From positions 352,001 through 416,000 of the forward strand of contig CAVSCK010000005.1 of assembly GCA_963726455.1 (NCBI GenBank): a stretch of DNA of 64,000 bases, read 5' to 3'. Origin of the DNA: an uncultured bacterium. Its GTDB lineage: Bacteria; Zixibacteria; MSB-5A5; CAIYYT01. Shown here piece by piece: positions 57,161 to 64,000 of the stretch. Below the pieces are notes generated by a model. That model was not told where the DNA came from. It did not search any database and saw only the letters and a list, made by a program, of their open reading frames with translations. The position numbers were made by a program, and so were the translations under genes. Every line of letters begins with the position of its first letter. The first letter of the stretch is position 1.

Positions 57161-58024
57161 ATGAAAGAGATCGTTCTAATGTTTTCGTTGCTGACATTTC
57201 TCGGAGTACATGCCTTTGGCGCGCGCCTGACTACCGTTACTGAGAAGGCGACTGGCCCCGGAGTCAGAATTGTCGACGCTGAGGTTAAGCTGGCCACCGG
57301 CGAGTTCAACCTGTATAAGGAGGCGTTAGCAAAGGACGAAGTTGCCAAGCTTACAGGCGACTATGATGAAAGCGTGTACGAATACGATTACTCTTTTGAC
57401 CCTTCCGGCAAACGCGGTGATCTTTTCTTTAGTTCGGAAATCAGGAGCCGTATCCACACGAACATCGATGGGCACAATAATCGCTGGGATATCGCGTTTT
57501 CTCCCGACGTCGAGTTGCGGCTCAATGCCGACATCGGCGCCGCCAAGGCCGATCTCAATTTCGGTGATCTGGCGTTGTCGGAGTTGAAGCTCAATGTCGG
57601 CGCTGCTGAGGCCAGAGTCGATTTCCCCACTGCCAACAAAACTCCACTGAACTACTTCAAGGTGTCGGCAGGCGCCTGCGAGCTGAAGATCTATGGAATC
57701 GGAAATTCACGTTGCGATGAGTTTGAGTTCGAGGGCGGTGTCGGGAGTTTCCTGTTGGACTTCTCCGGTCAATATGAAGGACGCATGGATACCAAGATTG
57801 ATATTGGCCTTGGATCGGTGGACATCACGATCCCGGCCGATTTGGGAGTCCGCCTGGAAGCAGACGACAATTTTCTAAGTTCGGTGAATTTTCCCAAAGA
57901 CGCATTCAAGCGTGTTCACGAGGGCTCCGACATTTACGAAACGGAAAATTACGACACGGCCAAGGGTCAGATCACGTTAAGACTACACGTCGGCCTGGGC
58001 TCGGCGAATATCAAGATTCGTTGA
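57161..58024 (+). CDS. secreted toast-rack/LiaF-like beta-repeat protein
   Basis: SD AAGGAG, signal peptide, repeated L.L.VG.G units. Confidence 0.75.
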   Translation: MKEIVLMFSLLTFLGVHAFGARLTTVTEKATGPGVRIVDAEVKLATGEFNLYKEALAKDEVAKLTGDYDESVYEYDYSFDPSGKRGDLFFSSEIRSRIHTNIDGHNNRWDIAFSPDVELRLNADIGAAKADLNFGDLALSELKLNVGAAEARVDFPTANKTPLNYFKVSAGACELKIYGIGNSRCDEFEFEGGVGSFLLDFSGQYEGRMDTKIDIGLGSVDITIPADLGVRLEADDNFLSSVNFPKDAFKRVHEGSDIYETENYDTAKGQITLRLHVGLGSANIKIR

Positions 58025-58051
58025 TTCAGACGAAATTGTCGCGGCAAGAAC

Positions 58052-58987
58052 TTACGAAGCTTTGACGAACATCTGCTGAAAGGTGTCTTCCAACTCCGGA
58101 TATTGAAATTGATATCCCGATTCCAGCAGCTTTTGCGGCACCACTCGCGCCCCCGAGAGCAGCAATTCATCCGCCATTTCTCCAAATGCCAGCTTGGCGC
58201 CAACCTTTGGCAGCGCGAATATCGAAGGCCGCGACAGCGCCCTGGCCAATAATTTCGCGAAATCAGCATTAGTCACGGGATTCGGCGAGACGACATTGAC
58301 CGGTCCCGTCAGATTCGGATGCTGGACGATGTGAGTCAGCACGGCGGGGATTTCCTCAAGGGCAATCCAGCTCATTACCTGATCGCCGCGACCAATCTTG
58401 CCACCAAGTCCGAGTTTGAAAAACGGCATCATTTTGGCGACCGTGCCGCCGGATGGACTGAGCACCAGGCCAAAACGCATGTTTACGACTCGAATGGTCG
58501 CCTCCTGAGCCGGTAACGTTGCGTCCTCCCATTGGCGGCAAACGTCAGCCATAAATCCATCGCCGGTGGCGCACGTTTCGTCGAGTACCTCGCTGGCAGG
58601 GCGATTTCCATAGAAACCGATGGCTGAGGCCGCCAGCATCAATTTCGGCGGTTGCTTGAGTTTCGCGAGGGTTCTACTCAGCAGATCGGTCGAGCGCGTG
58701 CGGCTTTCAAGGATGGCTCGCTTGTGGCTATCACTCCAGTGCAAGGCATCGAGGTTCTTGCCGGCGAGATGAATTACAATGTCCTGATTCTCGATCTCGC
58801 TTGGGTAGATCATATCCTTGTCGGGATTCCACAGCGAGATTTTGTGGGCGCGGTCGGTGGGAAAGGGCTTGCGCACCAGTAGAGTCAGTTGATTGCCATT
58901 GCCGGAAAACGCGGCAGTAACGTGCCTGCCGATCATTCCGTTGGCGCCGGTAATTGCGATTCGTAGACCTTTCGTATTCTTCACCAC
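58052..58987 (-). CDS. TIGR01777-family NAD-dependent epimerase/oxidoreductase
   Basis: ITGANGMIG, HLAG, SR, ASAIGFYG, WE, LGLGG, SWI. Confidence 0.93.
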   Translation of the reverse strand: MVKNTKGLRIAITGANGMIGRHVTAAFSGNGNQLTLLVRKPFPTDRAHKISLWNPDKDMIYPSEIENQDIVIHLAGKNLDALHWSDSHKRAILESRTRSTDLLSRTLAKLKQPPKLMLAASAIGFYGNRPASEVLDETCATGDGFMADVCRQWEDATLPAQEATIRVVNMRFGLVLSPSGGTVAKMMPFFKLGLGGKIGRGDQVMSWIALEEIPAVLTHIVQHPNLTGPVNVVSPNPVTNADFAKLLARALSRPSIFALPKVGAKLAFGEMADELLLSGARVVPQKLLESGYQFQYPELEDTFQQMFVKAS

Positions 58988-59094
58988 GCAATATACGCAG
59001 CAAGGCGCCCCCGCGTTCGATTGGGAATATAAAACAGCTTAAGCCGTTGTGGCGGATAACGTTGCCGAAGCAGAACTGCCTTCCGGCTCAGGAA

Positions 59095-59349
59095 TCATCG
59101 ATATTTTAGTTTGAGTAACAGGATGGCAAGGGCGATAACGAGTGAGGCAGCATTGGCGACGATGATCGGCGGGTCTTTTTTCAGCAGGCCGTAGATGAGC
59201 CAGAGGAAAATGCCGGTGCTGATCACGATATACATCGCCAGCGAGATGTCGTGAGTCGATCGCGTCTTCCAGACTTTGATGAATTGAGGCACGAAGGCAA
59301 GCGTGGTACAGGTGGCGGCAATCAGGCCGAGTACAAGGAGATAGTCCAT
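59095..59349 (-). CDS. SemiSWEET sugar transporter
   Basis: TTLAFVPQ..TRSTHDIS..LWLIYG..PIIVAN. Confidence 0.93.
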   Translation of the reverse strand: MDYLLVLGLIAATCTTLAFVPQFIKVWKTRSTHDISLAMYIVISTGIFLWLIYGLLKKDPPIIVANAASLVIALAILLLKLKYR

Positions 59350-59547
59350 AGGAGTGACATAGTATGCCTGACACGATGTGCCGACAAGGGAAATCACCGA
59401 ACAATATCAAAATCCAAGGGAATGGCTACCGAGCACGAACACTCACACGTATCGCGCTTGACTACTCGGCAACTTAGAGCTTTATTGTTTATGATATGTC
59501 CCCTCGACCACCTGTCAGGGGTGAGGTTCAAGATTGGAGCACTCTTG

Positions 59548-60045
59548 ATGGCAAAAGCCACAGCAAAACCGTTGGTAGCAATAGTCATGGGCAGCGATTC
59601 CGACCTTGCCGTCATGAAGCAGGCAGGCGAAGCCCTCGGCAAATTCAGTATTCCTTTTCAAATGAAAGTTATCTCGGCCCATCGCACTCCAGCCGAGGCA
59701 GCCAAGTTTGCCCAGTCTGCCCGCAAGCGCGGTATCCGAGTGATCATCGCCGGCGCCGGAATGGCGGCGCATCTTGCTGGCGCTATGGCCGCCCAAACCG
59801 AGTTGCCAATCATCGGAGTGCCCCTTGCCGGTGGCGCACTGCAAGGTCAGGATGCCCTATTGGCTACCGTGCAAATGCCCAAAGGCGTTCCGGTGGCGAC
59901 GGTCGCCGTCGGTGGGGCATTTAACGCCGGTCTGCTGGCGGTGCAAATTCTTGGCGCGGCATCCGGTCAGGGCGACAAACTCCTCGACAAATTCAAAGCG
60001 TACAAAGATCAGATGCGCAAGGATGTCCTTGCCAAGAAAGTGTAG
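59548..60045 (+). CDS. purE: N5-CAIR mutase
   Basis: [33 protein letters not shown]. Confidence 0.96.
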   Translation: MAKATAKPLVAIVMGSDSDLAVMKQAGEALGKFSIPFQMKVISAHRTPAEAAKFAQSARKRGIRVIIAGAGMAAHLAGAMAAQTELPIIGVPLAGGALQGQDALLATVQMPKGVPVATVAVGGAFNAGLLAVQILGAASGQGDKLLDKFKAYKDQMRKDVLAKKV

Positions 60046-60183
60046 ACGCTACGCACTTGTTTTCTCGCCTCATAGGTGGTCCTAATTGACAAACCACCCA
60101 ATCGACAAAATTCGTAGTCTAGCCCCTCGTGGGCGTCCTCGAAATATCATTCCACCGTTCGATAAATGTTCAAGGAGCACCTC

Positions 60184-61617
60184 GTGAAAACCGCAACCAT
60201 TATCACTGTATTGGTCACGCTGCTTGCGACAGTTTTTCCGCTCGCGACAATCGTGGCCGCCGATCAGGGAGCCGGACTGAGTGCCGACCTGATCGATAGA
60301 TTGCGCGCTGAATATCAAAAGGATGGCAAGGATCAGGCGATGTTCAATGCCCTGACTGCAAATGATATCAACAGTCTGGCGATCAACCGCGACAAACTGA
60401 ACAAGTACAACACCATGTTCAGTAAGGAAATCAAAGCCGGCGACATAATGAATCAACAATCGACCGGACGCTGCTGGATGTTTGCCGGACTAAATACACT
60501 GCGCCCGACGGTAGTGAACAAGTACAACCTCGGCACCTTCAAGTTGTCACCCAACTACTTGTTCTTCTGGGATAAACTGGAAAAGGCGAACACCTTTCTG
60601 GAAAATATGATTGCGTTGCGCGATCGCGACATCAACGATCGCGAACTGGTGGTGCTGCTGGGCGATCCCTGCCCTGATGGCGGTTGGTGGTCCTATGTGG
60701 TCGATCTGGTCAACAAGTATGGTGTCGTACCGGAAGAGATCATGCCGGAAACGTACGCGAGTTCCAACACCGGCAGTTTCAACAGCGTCCTTAATCGCAA
60801 ATTGCGCCAGGACGCCTCAGCAATTCGCACGATGGCGAAATCAGGCAAGACCGTTGACCAGTTGCGATCTGAGAAAGGCAAGATGCTCGGTGAGGTTTAC
60901 AAAATCGTAGCGATGAATTTCGGCGAACCGCCGCAGAAATTCACCTGGCGCTATCCCGGCAAGGATTCAATCCCGACCCCGCCGCAAGAATACACGCCGC
61001 TGCAATTCTACAAGGACGTCATCGGTGTGCCGATGTCCGACATGGTCTGCTTCTTCAATTATCCGGGACAGCCGTATGGCAAACTGTACCAGATCGAAGA
61101 CAGCCGCAATCTGTTCGACCGCCAGAATATCACCTTCATCAACTTGCCGATTGACAGTCTCAAGCGTTTCGCGCTTACATCAGTGCTGGCTGATGATCCG
61201 GTCTGGTTCGCCTGCGATGTCGGCAAAAGCCAGTACGGCGCGAGTGGCAAGGGAATTATGGCGGAAGGGATTTACGACTTCAATTCGGTCTACGGCATGA
61301 ACGTCGGCCTGACCAAAGAAGAGCGCATCAAGTATCGTGACAGCGCGCCGAATCATGCGATGGTATTCACCGGAGTCGACACGACCAACGGCCAGCCGAC
61401 AAAATGGAAAGTCGAAAATAGCTGGGGCACGACGCGCGGCGACCAGGGCTGGTGGACCTTGTACGACGACTGGTTCAATGAATATATTTACATCGTCATC
61501 GTCGACAAGAAGTACCTGCCGAAGGAAGTCACCAACATTCTCGACACCAAACCGACGGTGCTCCCTGCGTGGGATCCGATGTATGATTTCGCGAGAGGAT
61601 TGACGATCGGGGAGTAG
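60184..61617 (+). CDS. pepC: secreted C1B aminopeptidase C / bleomycin hydrolase
   Basis: QQSTGRCWMFA, FWDKLEKAN, NHAMVFTGVD, WKVENSWG; signal peptide; SD AAGGAG before GTG. Confidence 0.92.
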   Translation: MKTATIITVLVTLLATVFPLATIVAADQGAGLSADLIDRLRAEYQKDGKDQAMFNALTANDINSLAINRDKLNKYNTMFSKEIKAGDIMNQQSTGRCWMFAGLNTLRPTVVNKYNLGTFKLSPNYLFFWDKLEKANTFLENMIALRDRDINDRELVVLLGDPCPDGGWWSYVVDLVNKYGVVPEEIMPETYASSNTGSFNSVLNRKLRQDASAIRTMAKSGKTVDQLRSEKGKMLGEVYKIVAMNFGEPPQKFTWRYPGKDSIPTPPQEYTPLQFYKDVIGVPMSDMVCFFNYPGQPYGKLYQIEDSRNLFDRQNITFINLPIDSLKRFALTSVLADDPVWFACDVGKSQYGASGKGIMAEGIYDFNSVYGMNVGLTKEERIKYRDSAPNHAMVFTGVDTTNGQPTKWKVENSWGTTRGDQGWWTLYDDWFNEYIYIVIVDKKYLPKEVTNILDTKPTVLPAWDPMYDFARGLTIGE

Positions 61618-61654
61618 GCGCCGCGACAATCGCCGGCCCAAGTGTCGGTAATTC

Positions 61655-61891
61655 GTAGGTCGGGTTCCGAACGGTTCCCAATTCTTTCTATCGCGCTGGC
61701 GTGGCGAGTGCATTCATCAATGCATATACAAGTGAAAGATAAGTGAGTGAGAAACCCGACATTTGACTGCAACTCATGAGAGAGCGTCGGGTTTCTCGTT
61801 CCATTTTCACATAGACGTTTATCCGCAGTCAAGGGCAGGCGACTTAGCTAAGGCGGATCATGAACAAACGTGGAATCGGAACCCTACCTAC
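61655..61891. mobile_element. REPIN/MITE-like element with two inverted 106-nt arms
   Basis: Arm 1 61655-61760 GTAGGTCGGGTTCCGA...GAGAAACCCGAC; arm 2 (reverse complement of 61786-61891) GTAGGTAGGGTTCCGA...GAGAAACCCGAC; 25-nt spacer. Confidence 0.7.
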
Positions 61892-61905
61892 TTGGCTATT
61901 ACTTT

Positions 61906-62397
61906 TTACTTTCCGCTCCGATCAATAACATAAAGCGTCAGGTAGGCAGCGATGATGTGATAGGGATTGATATTCTTGTACTTCGGGAGATAGATGCCGT
62001 GAACGGCCAACGCTCGGTAGCGAAGCGACACAATCGGAAACAGTCCGATGACCGACTCGCTGATCGACTTGCTGGAATATTGAGCCAGATGAAACCCCGC
62101 GCTCACATAACGACAGATGGGAAACTTGTACCCAACTGAGAAGTACCTGGCCGTATTTTTGAAGCTGTCTTCAAAGAAACCTCCTTCAAGAAGGAAGATC
62201 GCATACTTCTCATGAATAATGTTCATCGTCATTCCCAAACCGGGATTCGTTTCATTCAGCATCGGTTGATAGATCATCTTCTTCGCATTAAGATGTTTGC
62301 AGACGCCATAGAGATTTAACCCTAGTTCGATAGCTCGCGATTGCGACGCGAGAAACAGCAGAATAAGAACGGTTGCAATTGAACTTCGCGCAAGCAT
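61906..62397 (-). CDS. small secreted beta-barrel-like protein
   Basis: SD GGAGG, signal peptide, NETNPGLG and amphipathic strands; AT-richer. Confidence 0.7.
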   Translation of the reverse strand: MLARSSIATVLILLFLASQSRAIELGLNLYGVCKHLNAKKMIYQPMLNETNPGLGMTMNIIHEKYAIFLLEGGFFEDSFKNTARYFSVGYKFPICRYVSAGFHLAQYSSKSISESVIGLFPIVSLRYRALAVHGIYLPKYKNINPYHIIAAYLTLYVIDRSGK

Positions 62398-62491
62398 TTC
62401 AGTAACCTCCCCTACGCCAAAATGATTTAAAGTCATTGCGAGCATACACAAGACACTCGATTTATGCAAGCATTAATCGGCATCTCGCGGC

Positions 62492-62515
62492 GGGAAGTCG
62501 GAGAATTCCCCCTAC
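62492..62515 (-). repeat. REP-like palindrome supplying the FHA gene stop codon
   Basis: Minus strand GTAG-G-GGGAA-TTCTCCGAC-TTCCC. Confidence 0.4.
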
Positions 62516-62853
62516 CCCACATTCGGGTTTACCCGGAAATCCTTTTCTTCCTTCAGGGTAAAGCGGATGACCGTTCGCAGGCCGACACGGATCAGGTCGT
62601 TGTCCTTGAGGAGGGATTGTTCGGCCTTGACGCCGTTGATGGTCGAACCGTTGCGGGAAAGGTTGGAGAACAGAAAGGTGTCGCCGCGCCGAATGACGGC
62701 AAAATGCTCCCGGCTGATCGCAGAATCTTCGTCGGAGAGGATAAAATCGCATTTTTCCTCAGAGCGGCCGACCCGAATCTGTACGGCATCAGTAGTAAAC
62801 TGGCGTCCCTTGTCCGGGCCTTCCTCGACTATCAGTAACGGCTTGAGCGACAT
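62512..62853 (-). CDS. standalone FHA-domain protein
   Basis: VGR, ISREH, SRNGSTING; promoter TTGATT-17-TACCAT 8 nt before ATG. Confidence 0.9.
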   Translation of the reverse strand: MSLKPLLIVEEGPDKGRQFTTDAVQIRVGRSEEKCDFILSDEDSAISREHFAVIRRGDTFLFSNLSRNGSTINGVKAEQSLLKDNDLIRVGLRTVIRFTLKEEKDFRVNPNVG

Positions 62854-63005
62854 ACGCGCGTATGGTAATCAGGTTGCGGCTGGAAATCAACGGATTTGTG
62901 CCGCAATCGCTGAGGTTGGGTATCGGCTGCCCGCAAAAGCTTGACGGCGTCTTTGCCGATCTATGGTATGGACACGATATTGACGTTGAAGGGAGGTTCC
63001 GACAG

Positions 63006-63317
63006 GTGCATCCAGGACTGATAGGGGGCATCATCGGCAGCGTGATCGGTATTGCCGGCGGTGCCATCGGGACGTATTACAGCATCAAGCATACCAATGG
63101 ACCACTCGAACGGGCGTTCATGGTACGCTGCACGGTGATCATCTGGATCGCCGTAATCGCTTTTCTGGGATTGCTTCTGCTGTTGCCGGTCCCCTATCGC
63201 TATTTCCTCTGGATTCCCTATGTGATTCTGTTGCCCTGGGGAATCACCAGAATCAATCGCCGCCAGAGCGCTATTCGCGAATCGGAAAAAACCCAGCATC
63301 TCGCCGAAAGTAGTTGA
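63006..63317 (+). CDS. small three-TM membrane protein
   Basis: SD GGAGG before GTG 63006; Gly-rich helix and two further TMs. Confidence 0.75.
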   Translation: MHPGLIGGIIGSVIGIAGGAIGTYYSIKHTNGPLERAFMVRCTVIIWIAVIAFLGLLLLLPVPYRYFLWIPYVILLPWGITRINRRQSAIRESEKTQHLAESS

Positions 63318-63421
63318 CATACTCCGCCAAAATCGCAACTCTCACTGTCGTCCGTGGCTGCCCGGGGCAGCACTTCTGATATTGTATTGCTGGTAATGCT
63401 CTGAGTTCAAGCTCGTTTTCT

Positions 63422-64000
63422 ATGTTGCGATTTGCCGTCCTGCTGCTCGTTGTTCTCACACTTCTATTGTGCGCAACCGCGCGTTCACAGGATATTTCGA
63501 TCCCAAGCAAAGAGAAAATCTGCCAGACGCCGGCGCGGCTGATTTACGTCGGCGACGACCGCCTTTACCTCTGGGTTGATGCGCCATTTGCTGTTAATTC
63601 TGATTTCCGAGTACAGTACCGCAATTCGCGCGGTGATACAGTTGAATGCCCCATTGCCACTTGTGTCGGTCAAATGGCTGTGTCAGAACGCATCGAAAAA
63701 GATCAGGCCTCGCGCCCTGACAAAGGCGATTCCTCTATGATCGTCTTTCTCGACACCACTCGGGCTGTCAGCGGCATTGTACGCGTGGGGCAACTGGAGG
63801 CATTCAATTCGGACGGTTCGGATGCGCGGAATCAGAGATATAGTTTCTCCCGCGCGCCGTTAGCTGCCAACATGCTGCCGATAGTTGCTGAACAACGGTA
63901 CTATTCCAAGGTGCGCGACGCCGAGATCGACCTGGCATTGGGCAAAATTGATATGCTGATTCTGCCTAAGAATGAAGCGCCTGAAGACGCAAGCTGCAAG
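63422..64000 (+). CDS. secreted protein, 3' end outside window
   Basis: MLRFAVLLLVVLTLLLCATARS signal peptide; frame open to the window end. Confidence 0.7.
   Translation, partial: MLRFAVLLLVVLTLLLCATARSQDISIPSKEKICQTPARLIYVGDDRLYLWVDAPFAVNSDFRVQYRNSRGDTVECPIATCVGQMAVSERIEKDQASRPDKGDSSMIVFLDTTRAVSGIVRVGQLEAFNSDGSDARNQRYSFSRAPLAANMLPIVAEQRYYSKVRDAEIDLALGKIDMLILPKNEAPEDASCK

Noticed and set aside
59400-59547. Purine or ZTP riboswitch upstream of purE
   Set aside because: Leader is short and lacks consensus motifs
61655-61905. Integron attC site downstream of the barrel gene
   Set aside because: No RYYYAAC...GTTRRRY cores in the expected positions and no integrase in the window

Overview
A ~55% GC bacterial chromosome segment, most likely from candidate phylum Zixibacteria (inferred from two secreted proteins ending in the CGDAD...[20 protein letters not shown] dockerin-like domain). 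Housekeeping and metabolic genes include gltX, coaX, dtxR-feoAB, a MacAB-type exporter, GH57, a heterodimeric ABC exporter, suhB, a secreted TldD/TldE-like pair, FHA-GGDEF, a CoA transferase, MATE, a bacilliredoxin, sdhCAB, alr, nadC, purE and pepC. Best candidates for new biology: (1) a nine-gene operon joining a 2-oxoacid:ferredoxin oxidoreductase to a HydABC/Bfu-like flavin module that has bifurcation signatures, a possible NADP-type substitution and no catalytic subunit; (2) an AT-richer two-gene module (Panacea-like wHTH-DUF488 fusion plus a Cys-bearing partner) that may be a defence or DNA-repair system; (3) a REPIN-like element with two arms of exactly 106 nt and unrelated interiors, plus other REP-like hairpins beside accessory genes; (4) a candidate C-rich-loop sRNA after gltX; (5) a shared operator at dtxR and feoA; (6) repeated leaderless or near-leaderless promoters; (7) two small ORFs missing from the ORF track. 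Many single-base insertions interrupt sdhCAB, nuoF and three other genes and look like long-read consensus errors. No tRNA, rRNA, CRISPR array, integrase or transposase was seen. All family assignments come from motif recognition by eye, not from database searches.
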